Source: Leucoraja erinacea
Taxonomy: Eukaryota
DNA length: 64,000 nt
Direction of reading: 5' to 3'
NCBI RefSeq assembly: GCF_028641065.1
Contig: NC_073387.1
Coordinates: 29,140,001-29,204,000 of the forward strand
Shown: positions 49,270 through 62,274 of the stretch, one piece after another
Numbering within the stretch: the stretch's first letter is position 1
Layout of the letters: every line of letters begins with the position of its first letter
The notes under the pieces: model-generated
What the model saw: only the letters and a program-made list of their open reading frames with translations
Told to the model about the DNA's origin: nothing
The model's database searches: none
Translations under genes and position numbers: made by a program

Positions 49270-49930
49270 AATGAAATTTGGTAATGCTAAAATAAACTAA
49301 TTTTATCTCCCTGTACATGATGCATATCCCCCATTCCCTACATATCCATATGCCTCACTCAAAGCCCTCTATAGTCTTTGACATTTATACCCTGGGATAA
49401 ACGTTCTTACTGTCTATCCTATCTATGCCTCTAGCTAATATCCCCTAAACAAGGCTGAATTCTGATGAACCTCTTCTGCACCCTCACCAAAGCTGTCACC
49501 TTATTTGTGTAGCGGGTGACCCAAAGTGCACACAATGCTCGAAATGCATCCTAGCCAAAGTCCTGTAGAGGTGCATCATGACTTTCTGACTTTTATTCAG
49601 TGTCCCGATTAATTAAAGCAAGCATACCAGTCAACTTCTTTATCACGCTGCCTGTTTAAATCGCTTTTATACATTTTAATGGTGCCTACTGCTATCGCTT
49701 TCTCTGGAGGCTCATTCCATATGAACTTGCCCCTTGGTTTATCTTTAAAATTTTTACCCACTCGCCTTAAACTCCACTAGTTTTAGACCCCTGTTCCTAA
49801 GAAAATGACTGGTCATTCACTTTAGCTATTCCCATTTTTTAAAATATCTCTAGCCTCTCATGCTCCAGAGAAAATGGTTCTAACCTGTCCAGTCACTCCT
49901 TATAACTCAAGCAAACTAGTCCAGTACTCA
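49270..49930 (-). mobile_element. Old degenerate CR1 LINE fragment
   Basis: tgaacctcttctgcaccctc.ccaaagc...gtgacccaaagtgcacacaat.ctc is the reverse complement of the EYCVQFWSP region. Confidence 0.6.
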
Positions 49931-50234
49931 ACCATCCAAGAACTGGCACCTACCAAACCTGTGAGCCCTACCTGCACTTGAAGTCATACATCATTGCTGT
50001 TCCTTCATTGCCAGTGATTCTAAATCCTGTTACAAAACAGGTCTATTGCGATGGCTCACCATCACTTCAAAGTTGATCGATGATCTAAAATATAATTTTT
50101 TTAATCTGGTAAATTTTTATGTCTGCTCATTATACCTATCTCATTATTGTGATAAATATTGTTTATATTTGAATGATTGTCAGGAGTGCATGTTATTTGT
50201 TAACTTGGTCTTATTTTGTTCTTTTCCACCATAG

Positions 50235-50289
50235 CGGTTACCGCAGCAAATTGAAGAAAGAAATGAGAAGATGAAAGAAGAGATGCTAG
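50235..50289 (+). CDS. TTC1: TTC1 coding exon 6 (55 nt)
   Basis: ccatag|RLPQQIEERNEKMKEEML|gtatgt. Confidence 0.96.
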
Positions 50290-51119
50290 GTATGTATTTT
50301 TACCATGCCCAATACTTCTGATATAAATATTTAGTTGAAACTAATATCATGCGAAAATACTTTACCCATGTGTTTTCATGTCAGTGAAAAATTGTGGGGA
50401 AATGGAAAAGCGTTCAATTTTTAATTCATTGACGTTGTAGCCTGTTTATAAGTTATGTGTTGTAAAACACCTATATAATGCTTTTACATATCTCTAAAAC
50501 TGCATGCTCAATAAAGTTCAATTTTAATATTGTCCAGCTGGAGGTTTAAAAGTGACTGCATGCACAGCTCTTGCCATCTTTCCACTGATCCAGCAAATAA
50601 ACTACAGGTTTTGATTTTTCAAGCTTCCTCTTATAGTTCACGAATACAGTCCAGCTGAATTGGACTACCCTTTCCAAATTTTGCTCTTACCTAATCATAG
50701 CCTGAGCATCTACTGTATGGTTTCAGTTCCCAGCCTCCACTATTGGTTTCAAAGTTGTCTGTTTGGTTTTATTTAGCCATCTCCTTGCTTATGATTTGAT
50801 TTCAAGATTATTAAAAAAAAATATCACCAGATTCGAGGCATAATGTACACATTATGTCTAAACCACTTCTCGATGCTTGTACAATTTTTAGATGACAATC
50901 TAGTTCCTTAATATCTTCTTCAAAATGAGGTCCGTTTTCTTCCTTTTAAAGATGGGGAAAACACAGCCACAGCTTTGTTTCCTCACCACAACTTCCATTC
51001 GCTCATCCCATGGCCACTATCTTAGCAAACTAAACATCCTATTAACCTTAACTGAGTTTCTAATTCAACACTGAGCATTATAAGAGCTCCATGTTTTTTA
51101 ATCCAGATAGGGCCTAATA

Positions 51120-51338
51120 AAAAGGAACTGCAGATGATAGTTTATACCAAAGATAGACATAAAATGCTGGAGTAACTCACCGAGTCAGACAACATCTTTG
51201 GAGAAAATGGATTGGTAACATTTCTGGTCAAGACCCTTCTTTGGACTGTAGAAGTTTCCTGACCCAAAATGTCACCTATCCATTTTCTCCAAAGAGGCTG
51301 CCTGACCCGCTGAGTTACTCCAGCATTTTGTGTCTATC
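51120..51338. mobile_element. Older palindromic Penelope-derived cassette
   Basis: gatagacataaaatgctggagtaactc... / ...gagttactccagcattttgtgtctatc inverted arms; core decayed. Confidence 0.8.
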
Positions 51339-53714
51339 CATAGCCTGACCAAACCTGTCTGCACCTGAAACATTAATTTATGTCTATTGTTAAGAGGCGT
51401 TTGTTTTTCACTTTCCATCCACAACTGATCCAAAACTCTACATTTCCTGTAGTCCAACTTGCATCATCTTGTGAGCTTGTTATTAACATGCTCCCCCATT
51501 AAGTGCACAATTTATGTGATGGGTGCATTTTAAGGGAAGACCCTGGATTTGATCCTTGACAGCAGATGAGTTAGCAGATCACAGCTGAGGTTGGGGTTGT
51601 GAAACAACATTGACTTCAACGTCCTATGGTGAAGAAATAATAAATTGTAATTTTAATCAACATTCCAAAACACTGGATTGTACAGTGAACAGTAGATTGT
51701 ACAATAGAAAATGTCATAAATATTTGACTGCCTAAGTAGCATTTATAAAGAGAAATAATTAGAAAATGGTTTGGAAGTTGATATTCTGACAACACATTGC
51801 ACTAGTGTCCTTCAAGTGCTACTTTATGAAATGAGTTGACACTCGCAGCTCTGTCAACATTGAGTCCCCTATTTTCGCAGTCCTTGGATTATCAGTAAAG
51901 CCCAGCTTTCCTATCAGAATTGGCATATTTAGATGATTATCTGATTTAGTCATTATTTCCTAGCAGCCATTCAGCAGTGGTGTTGGTAGAAGCCTTGAGT
52001 CTTCTGATTAAACAAGAATGGAAGCAATTAGTTTGCAACTTTTTTCAAAAATGTATGGTGCATATTATATTTTATTTGATTTAATACCTAAACAACGGCT
52101 GCTTTTATCATAAAATTACTTTATCATTGGCTCCACCCATTAAATAAATAAATCAGTTGGCTTCTGGATAATCAATAAAACATTGAGTTAACTGTAAGGT
52201 TCAGTCATTGTGGCTAAGGGCAGAGTCATTTTCAGTAAATACAATGTTTTATTGTTCCCAAAATGTCCCCTTTTCAATAATAAAATTAGTTTTATTTAAA
52301 TCTACATTAGTTCAGTTAAATACTATTAAATGACCTAGAGGACCTTAAGATTCTATATATGATCATACTGTGATGCTACAGAAGTTGTGGTTGGCATGTA
52401 TGTGCATACATAGCTTTGCATGAAGGGTTGGTTTTAATTGCTTAATGTTTTGCGAGTGAAATGTCTGTGAGATGTTCTGTTTCATTGGCTAAATTTAGTT
52501 TTAATAATGAAAGGGAGATGATTTGTAATATTTCACCACGTTAACTAATCGTAACATTGTGTACACTTTTAAAAAAATACATTCTAAGTGATCTTTCACT
52601 GGAGCTTTAATGCTACCTATCATATTAAAGGTCATCAAATAGTAGGCAATAGACAGGAGAGCAGTTTTTCCAAAGGTTTTAGATAATTGATAATGTGGCA
52701 CTTTTTCTACACCATCATCATTTGACAAATGACTGAAGTGCCATTATGCACTTTTCATCAACATCTTCGTGCATTTACTAAGTATAAGTATGTTACCAAA
52801 GGTATTGTAAACAAGAATGCTACTTTGGTTTTGAGTGAGCTAAAAATAAAATAACATGCAGGAAAAAATTGCATGACTATGAAGTGCTCCTGATTGGATG
52901 CATTTTGGGTTGCTGAGGGGATTGAAAGTCTGAGGTACTGCCCCAACATTACAGTTGTCCAGGGATGTAAGGGATATGCCAGAAGGCTGGAAGATTGCAT
53001 ATGCTGCACTCAATTCAGAAAGAAAGGAAAATCAATTTCAAAATAATCCAGGGGAAAGCTAACAGACCTGAGGAAAATAGGGGCTAATAAAGGAGAGTTG
53101 GCATATTTCTGTTCGGGTGAAATTGACTGAGTTTTTTGATGAGTGAAGTGCACCAGAGGATTAGTGGCATGTACAATTTTGCATATATGGCGATTGAAAG
53201 AGCATTAAATAATATATTACATAGAGTAAATGTAGAACAAATCTGTTCAAGAAACAAGGTTTGTAATTAAAGTTTATAGATTTATGGTGATTGATGAGCT
53301 GAAATGAGGAAAGCATTTCATGAATATCAAGCCTTTGGAATGCACTTCATCAGTCATTGATAATTTATTAACAAAATGGAAGTCTATGGAATACAAATGT
53401 TTGTAACAGTGTGTATGCAACATTGGCTATGGAAGTTTTTTTTAAAAAGCTTGTGATTAATGCCTGTTTTGATCAGTTCATGACTTGGATGATGGTATTT
53501 AATATCATTGAGGGGCTAACTTAAAAAAGCAACATGTTTATGATGGCTGAAGAATTAATAATCAGAGACAACATGGGAAAGTGCAATTTTTTACCAAATG
53601 GGTAGAATTATTGTACTTGAGTTAGAGTGACAGTGTTAAACTAACTAGGTAAAGTTTCATTCATCCATGCTTTATTATTTTATGATCAATCTAGTGAGCA
53701 GCACATTTAGATTG

Positions 53715-53770
53715 TTAAATTCTTTGTATGGTTGTCAGCCTTTTAAATTCTTTATATGGTTGTCAGCCTT
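53715..53770. repeat. 28-bp tandem duplication
   Basis: ttaaattcttt(g/a)tatggttgtcagcctt x2. Confidence 0.85.
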
Positions 53771-55152
53771 TTAATATGCCTTTAATTCTCATAGAAAACC
53801 AGCATGTTTGATTTTTCTGTCACGTTGGCCATTTTCCTGAAACAAATTGTTATCCAACTGCATTAAGTTCACATCCTCTGCTAATCATATTTCACATAGT
53901 ATTTTATAGTTGAAGGCAGAAGGTATGGTAGATTTGAATTTAGATTCTTAAAAATGAAAAACAAGTTTCCCTTGTCATAACTTCAAGTCTTTTCACCAGT
54001 ACAATTGTTATGGAAAATGGGTTCATGAATGGTGACAATATTTTAAGACCATGGACAAATATGTTTCACCACATATTCACCAAAATGATGCAAACCTGCA
54101 TATTATATGACCTGAGAGGAGGTTATGTTTAATTTTGTACTCTTATTTCCTGACAAGAATGTCTAGCAAAATTAATCAGAAGCAAAAACCTGGCTATTTT
54201 TAATCCATTTGTCATGCGACATTGCTTTGACTGAGAAAACTAACTGCGTGTATGTCCATATTCTTGGGTTACACTTGAGATCTTCCTGGTTTGTATGACT
54301 TGGTTCTATGCTGAACAGTGTATTTACCTTCAGAGTTATTCCGGTAGTTGATAGTATTTTAACAAGAATGTCACCAGTTTGTTGCTTTTTGTGAATCATT
54401 TAAAAGTAACTTAATAAATTGCATAGTGTAATTTTTTTGAACAGGCGTTATGGTACCAATGAACCTTAACTTCTGGCACACATAGTGTTAAGCCACCACA
54501 TTGTAGAGCTATCGCTTCAAGCTCAGGTATATATATTTCTGCACTGGTTATGTACCATAACTTATGAAAAGCCAATGTGATTTTTGACTATTAAGCCATT
54601 ATTTCATTGAAATCATTAAGTTTATCTCAGAAGAATGAGTAGTTCATGTCAGATCATTGATTTCCTTTGAAAAATATCAGACCTTGTGGAGGATCAGAAA
54701 TGCATGGAGCATTGGACTTGCACATTAAGTGATATGTGCGTACATGTTACTGTCAATACAACTGTAAAATACAGGGTGAGTGTTTCTATGTCTAAAATGT
54801 TTCATAATCTTCAGGCTGAGTCACTTGCCTGTTTTCACATACAAGCATGATGTAAGTTGATTGCACTGAACCTTTGTACGCAATCCACCTTTTATGGAAA
54901 ATTGGATCAGTGCATTGGTTGCTTACGTATTGTGCGGCATCATCTCAAGATAATTATCTACCTGTGGACAGTTTGTTGCAGAATGATTTTATAGCAGTGC
55001 TAGCTTGTCCATTAGCAGAGGAATTATTTGTTCATGCAAATATGCAGCGATCGGGGGGGAGGCTTCTGAATGACTTTATTGTAATTGTCTGCAGACTATC
55101 TCCTTTGATATCTTGAAGAATCACGCTACAGATTATTTTCTTTTTATTGTAG

Positions 55153-55289
55153 GCAAGCTGAAAGATCTTGGCAACATGGTTCTGCGACCTTTTGGCCTGT
55201 CCACTGACAACTTCCTGTTAAACCAGGATCCAAACTCCGGCTCATACTCTGTCAACTTTGTGCAAAACCCAAATAACAATAATAGATAA
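55153..55289 (+). CDS. TTC1: TTC1 last coding exon (137 nt including TAA)
   Basis: tgtag|(G)[44 protein letters not shown], the conserved TTC1 C-terminus; exon phases sum to 951 nt. Confidence 0.97.
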
Positions 55290-55705
55290 TGCTTATTACT
55301 GGTAATAGCTCAGTCTAAGGGTGTGCATGGAACAAAATTTAGCTGTTAAATTATAAAATACTGCTTTTCTATTCTCCCAGCAAACAGATTTGTTCCAATT
55401 ATTGCTGCATTTTTGCAGGTACTTGTATAGTTTTAAGACACTTGATTTGAGCTGCTCTTTGGAAGTAAAGGCAACAGTTACAGCTCTTAATATATTTGTC
55501 GTTAAATTTGGATGTATTAAACAAAGTATGGTGTTTGGAAACAAATTTCTTCATTTTCGTTAAATGCATATGAAAATCACCATGTAACACAGGGTAGATT
55601 TTTGTTTGAGATCTGCAAACTACTGATGAGATGTCTAGTTATATACTGTTGATCATGCTGAATAACTCCTTGTTTTAAACTTCCTTGTTTTCTGTGAACT
55701 TAAAA

Positions 55706-55755
55706 AATAAAGTTAGAATATACTTTCATGATTCAGAGAACTTACTGGAAATAAA
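55706..55755 (+). terminator. TTC1: Candidate TTC1 polyadenylation signals
   Basis: AATAAA at 55706-55711 and 55750-55755, ~420-460 nt after the stop codon. Confidence 0.55.
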
Positions 55756-56199
55756 ATATTAAAGCTGTACTTCATTTTGATGGAACTTGCATTGCTTCAG
55801 TATGCAAATAGAACAAACTTATCTAGGTCTAAATAGGACAGCGATCTTTTTTTATTCAAACATATTTTTGAAACAGCACCAAAAAAACATCCAGTTAGCC
55901 TAACAGATCCACACCATGGTTTGAACTGCATCTGTACTTCCTCTTATTTGCATCTGTGCTGTTTACTTCAACTGTCCTTTGTGATAGTTCCACATTTTTG
56001 CCCACAAAATAATAACATTGTCTTTACATCTATGGGTCAACTTGTTTCACAATCATCCAGATCCCTTAGAAGGACAGAGAAGGTAGCAATTTGATCCAGC
56101 AAATACATGTTGGCTCAGAGCATTCCAATCAATCTTATTCCCCCCTTATTTCCTGTAACAATAGAATAATTATTCTTTTGCACATACTAATTAACCACC

Positions 56200-56430
56200 C
56201 CAACCCCTCCCAATTCGTCCATCATCCACCTACACAATAGGTAATATGCAGAACAATAAGAATCAATACATGTTTTGGTGTGGGAGGAAACCCACATGTT
56301 CACAGGGAGAATGTGTAAACTCAATATAGACAGCAGCAGAGTTCAGAATTTAGTCCAAGCTACTGGAGCTGTGAGGCAGCTGCACTACTTGCTCAGTGAG
56401 GCAGCTGCACTACTTGCAGTACCACCGTAC
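56200..56430 (-). mobile_element. Degenerate HE1/V-SINE-like SINE
   Basis: gtgggaggaaacccacatgttcacagggagaatgtgtaaactc...ctggagctgtgaggcagc. Confidence 0.7.
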
Positions 56431-59400
56431 TACCCAGAGGACTATCCATTCTGGCCTTTTGTTTTTGAACACATTAGAGCTTTGTTTTCCATCATTCTTT
56501 CCTTTATAGATATCTTCTCAATTCTGAAATAATTCCAATGCCTCTGCTTTGATTTTATATGGTGTCTGTCTTTTTCCTGACAATGGAGGGATCAGGACAA
56601 TTTACAGAACTGCACACGAGAACCAATGAACTGGAAAGGTTTTGCATCATTTTTTTTGCGTTTCAATAGCATTCCTCTTGAATTGAAGCTAAGGCTGTTT
56701 TTTTATATCCTGATATTCTGGTCCACTATTAGTGATTTTCCATTTTATATACCAGCAGATTCTTCCTCTACTAGAAAAATATGACGTTTATGGCTTCCTT
56801 ATTATTGCAATAAGAATGTGAAACCACAGATATCTGGTTCAATTTGCCAAATAGTTGCTCAGTTTGCAAGACAGTTAGTGATTTCCTGTAGTTTGTCACA
56901 TTCCCCTGTGTTGAACCACACACACCACCCTCCTGCACTTCAATTCCATTCAATTCACTCAACAACAGTTATCCCAGAAGCAATAACTGAGGAGTGCTTC
57001 TTCCCACCTTTTATCAGTTTGAATAATCACTTTTAATCCTGGTTTGTGATATAACTGGTATCTGATTTGCAGCTGGTTTGTTATTCATTTTGCTACATAT
57101 GTGCTGCTTGTATGCACAGCTTCTTTTGGAAGTACAAATTTTAGAAAGCTAACTAACTGCATTGTCCCCTCTATTGCCCTTCCACCTCTACACCTTGAGG
57201 TTGATCAAGCATGACCTTCCCTATTGAAATCGCTTCATCATAATAATTTCAATTTCAGTGAGTTTTTCCATTATGTTTGAGTGCCTGGTATCTTTTCTAA
57301 CGTTGATGTTAAACTAATTGACACAAAGTTTGGTGGATTTATTCTCATATTTCTAAAAAAACTCATGGTTTCAGTCCTCTTCAACTGAAATATAGGAAAG
57401 ACATTTAGTTGGTCGTTTGAATTGGATATTCTTTGTTTTTGCTTTTTATTATAATCAACATGAACCATGATGTTTCCTCAGTTGGACTGATACTGATTGA
57501 TCTCACTATGCAGGCATAAGTGCATGGGAATTCATGCTTGCAGATATCACATTCTTTCTTGCAACTGATTCTGGACCTGTTCCTCCAGTCAGGCACTGTT
57601 GCACAATGATGACGTGTGTAAACCAGAAGGCTGTGCTAAAAGCCTGAGAACCATCATGTGTTGCAATACCTTTCATTAGAAAATGCTTTAGGATGGGGAA
57701 GCACAAAAAACACTTCAGATGCAAGGTCTCTACTGTGTAGATTTACTAGCTTGTCATTTCTCTCATATTAAGCTTATAGTTATTAAAAGCACTGTAAAAG
57801 TTGGAAAACACACTGAGGGAAATCATTTTATATGTTCATTATAGGTGTATTTATTTGCAGTAAATTGCTAGGGTTTTGAAGAGCAGTCTTTGCCTTTTAT
57901 TACTTTAGCTTTTAAAAGACCTGGAGAAGCTACACTGCACATGCAGATCTTTAGCTGTGCCGTGATTAAGACAAGCAGTTAAGATGAGAATTTGGCTTAC
58001 TTATCTGTTTGAATCATTAGCCATTGTGGAAGGAATTAGCCGTATATTCTTACTGTATCTTCCATTCTCAATACTAAATGAAATAGCACTGTTACATGAT
58101 TTTTGAATCTATTGTATCTAACGTTTTTATATTTTCAAATATATTTCTGTTGTATAGTGTTGTTTGAGAACTACTTAAGAAGCTAAATTGCTCTTTTGCA
58201 ATTAGCGCATATATTAGAATGTTATTGAATACGAGTTTATGCAAAATAAACATTTAATTAATTTCTGCAAATTTTTGGTTATAGTAATACAAAACCAGTT
58301 CCAGAGAATATCAGAGACCAAGTGTTTAAGAATAGCATGCTGACAATGTTGGGTAATGAATAAGTAATAAAATGCAAAACTGAGGATGTTGCGAAGATGG
58401 GGAAGGACAAGACTATTCAGGGGGCTGGGAAAATGTATTATAATTTGTTTATAATTTAGATGTTGCTACTCTTGTAGTCAATATAGATCAGCAAGCACAA
58501 GACAAATGAACAGACCTAAGTGTGAGATAGTATATATTCATCAGAATTTGGATACTCGCCTTTTCACATGGGATGGACACTTAAATGCTTGCCTTGACAG
58601 CATAAAAATGGTAATTTCTAAAAGTAATAGACACGGTTAAGGATGTAGCAGGCGATGTCTAGAGAGAGGGTCTACATCTTTAAAGTACTATATTTTCATT
58701 TTAAAAACTCTTAAAATTGTAAAATACTCCAAGAAGCTTTAAGAATATTAAAGGCTGATGCCAAGCTACACCACAAGATATCGAGACTACGGCACAATTA
58801 ATGTGGGAGGACAGAAATTGAGAAGTGCTAATGTGGCTTTCTGGGGCTGTGGGAGATATTAGGCATGGGAGAGGGGGAAGCTGTCGAGGGACATAAAAAC
58901 ACAGGTGAGACATTTGTAATATAGATATTGCTACTCCAGGTGTCAATATACGTCAGCAAGCACCAGAGACAAATGAATACACCTTGGTGAATCAGGATGT
59001 ATTCACCACAATTTGGATAACTGCTAAACAGAAAAATTGTCAAGCCTAAATAGAGCAAAGGCTTTTGGCAGATAATGTTTGGAGGCAGGGATAAAATTGG
59101 ATAATGCATTTGAACGTGCAGGTACGCAGCCTTAATGGTGTAAAAAAAAATGAAGGACAGAATATATAATTGTGGTCACGCACATCATTTAGTGCCCTTT
59201 CCATTAAAGGGGTTTAAAACCCAAAATGTTTTTCAATGTGTCTTGACAGGCATTTCATACCATTGGACACTACTGTGAATGCCTGGGATCAGAAACACTG
59301 TTCTATGCAACTTGCAGTAAGTCCTGGTGTTCTAATGCAATGCATTATTTTGCTGAAATTAAATTGGGACAGCCACTTGCAAAAGTATGTTGACATGATG

Positions 59401-61019
59401 ATTGAGAATAAATTGAATCATAAGAAGTATGCTAACTTAGCTGGAGCCTGGCATCTTTTCTGGAAATCGCAGGAAGAGGCTGAGATGCATCATCAAATTT
59501 TCGGCAATGTTATGCTGTTTCTGCTGCTTAGCACATACAGAGTCCTCTGAAAGCTTCAGTAAGATAAAAACTCATTGTTAAGTAAGGCTATTGCTGTTCC
59601 AGGTTATCTGTACTCTTAGACCAAGGAAAGATTCCTTAATTGAACAATCATGGTAAAGTATAAAATATCGCAAGCCATGAAATATAGGTACAATACAATT
59701 TTATTGTTAATAATTAACCTACAAAGCATCAAGGGTATTTTGAATCGAGTCCACATAACACATTGGAAGAACAACACATAAGATGGATGATATCCATAGT
59801 GAGATAAACAGTCTCCAGGAGGAAGACAAAATGGTGCATCCTACAGCGAGACTAAATTGTCATTGCCAGCTCAGATTTTCTTCCATCCCTATGGCCATTT
59901 GACCATTTAAGCAATTTATAATGTCAACTGCAAAATCTGTAGATAGATCTGACTGGGAAAGAGATATTACTCTCCATGTGATTAATGGTTCGGAGAATAT
60001 ACCAATCATCTGATCTTTAGGGGATAATGACAGGTTCTTTCTAATTTTGCAACATTGAAACCAGACTAACCTTGGTTTTAATTACAGCCAACAAATTTTC
60101 CCTTTGTGTTGTGTCTGACTCATCCTCCATCATCTGCTAACTTTCCAAAGTCTGTCTTTTGACCGGTCTGTAATCCTTTAGTACTATGATTACGAAAAGC
60201 AATCTATTTTGTCCCATTCACGATAGGCAGCATGGTCATTATTTGAAGATCCAAAATTTTGATGCAATGTTCCAAGAAAAATTATTGGGGTAGATGAAAT
60301 GAGTTGTGCTGTGCTTGATATTGTCATGGAAATGAGCTATTGGTAATTTTGGCTGATATGCTAATTATCACAACTGCAGTAACCCACACATGAAATGAAA
60401 CTTTTTGAACTTCAGTAGAGTAAAAATGCATGAAACTGATGCTTTGCCAATGTCCATATATTTTCCAGTCATTTTATAATGCAATGGTACTCTGGTCAAC
60501 AGCCAGATCATCTTTGCTCCTGTAATTAATTCTGTCTTTAAATTGAACTGTAACTAATCAGAAAGGTTGATTTTTTTTTCACTACAGTAATACTGCCTTG
60601 TTTACACTCATGACATTTTAGCTTAGTTTATAACAGTCACTGAGGTACAGTGAAAAGCTTTTGTTTGCGTGCTCTCCAGTCAAATGAAAGACTATACATT
60701 TACATAATCAAGCTGTCCACAGTGCATAGATATAGGGAATAACATTTAGTGCAAGATATAAGTGCAATTCATCTGACTATCGGTGTACAAATGTTGCCCT
60801 CCTCTATCACACATACTGATTCCAAATACACGAATGCCAGATTAGTGTACTTAAAAACTAAAGTGGATCACATGTTCAGGCTGATAAGTTTGCGTACAAC
60901 TCAATTTGAAATGAGTTTCAATCCTAGAAGAACTGTTCGAGGTAGAACGCAAAAACAGCTACTTTTGCTCATCAGTGTGCCGATCATCAAGTACCCATTT
61001 TTACACTACTCCTAGCCTA

Positions 61020-61265
61020 GGCTATTTTATTCTCCACGCATGCCCATTAGCTCCCACTGGATTCTTTATCTGGCTTACAAGCTAGGAGCAAATTATACTA
61101 GACAATCAAATGACTAACCATCATATTCTTAGGATGAGGAAACCACAGCATCTAGAGGAAATCCATATGCTCACTAGGGGAACATGCAAACTTCACACAT
61201 ACATTGCAGGAGAGCATTAACTCCAGATCACTGGAACCATGAGACCACGAATCTACTAGGACCTT
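61020..61265 (-). mobile_element. Degenerate HE1/V-SINE-like SINE
   Basis: gaggaaaccacagcatctagaggaaatccat..tcactaggggaacatgcaaacttcacac. Confidence 0.6.
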
Positions 61266-61368
61266 ACTACAATAACTATTTCGACACAAGTTCTTTGAAA
61301 TTTTGTATGATTTCCAGGCATGAGTATTAATCATCTGTGCAATTGCTTCGATCAACACTTGTGCAATG

Positions 61369-61453
61369 ATGGACACAAAGTGCTGGAGTAACTCAGCAGG
61401 TCAGGCAGCATCTCTGGAAAACACGGATAGGTGACGTTGCAGGTCAAGACCCA
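61369..61453 (-). mobile_element. Penelope-derived short repeat fragment
   Basis: gacacaaagtgctggagtaactcagcaggtcaggcagcatctctgga...ggtgacgtt. Confidence 0.75.
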
Positions 61454-61596
61454 ACGCTGGATAGTGCTGCGCACCTGACTGCCACCAAGCTAAGATCCCC
61501 TCTTATTTTAACATTGCTCAAAAATGTGTGCCAAAAATATAATTCCAATGTTGGATACTTAATTGATAATGTGTTAGACTGAACACCATCAGCTAA

Positions 61597-62274
61597 ATCA
61601 TTAATGATTTAGATGACGAGATTACATGTAACATTAGCAAATTTGCAGATGACACAAAGCTGGGCGGCAGTGTGAACTGTGAGGAGGATGCTATGAGACT
61701 GCAGGGTGACAGACAGGTTGGGTGAATGGGCAAATGCATGGCAGATGCAGTTTAATGTGGATGTGAGGTTATCCACTTTGGTAGCAAAAACAGGAAGGAA
61801 GATTATTATCTAAATTGTGTCAAGTTTGGGAAAAGGGGAAGTACAACGGGATCTGGGGGTCCTTGTTCATCAGTCAATGAAAGTAAGCATGCAGATACAG
61901 CAGGCAGTGAAGAAAGCGAATGGCATGTTGGCCTTCATAACAAAAGTTGAGTATAAGAGCAAAGATGCATTTCTGCAGTTGTACAGGGCCCTAGTTAGAC
62001 CACACCTGGAGTATTGCGTGCAGTTTTGGTCTCCAAATTTGAGGAAGGACATGCTTGCTATTGAGGGAGTGCAGCGTAGGTTCACAAGGTTAATTCTCGG
62101 GATGGCGGGACTGTCCTATGGCGAGAGAATGGAGCGGCTGGGCTTGTATACTCTGGAATTTAGAAGGATGAGAGGGCATCTTATTGAAACATATAAGATT
62201 ATTAAGCATTTAGACATGCTAGAGGCAGGAAACATGTTCCCGATGTTGCGGTAGTCCAGAACCAGGGGCCACAG
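61597..62274 (+). mobile_element. CR1 LINE RT fragment
   Basis: KFADDTK region and ORF 61817-62254 containing RPHLEYCVQFWSPNLRKD. Confidence 0.9.

Noticed and set aside
51530-51900. Possible ancient SINE remnants
   Set aside because: Similarity too weak to support by eye.
56500-61000. Possible last exon or 3' UTR of a convergent gene (PWWP2A in mammals)
   Set aside because: No PWWP-like or other convincing coding sequence on the minus strand.
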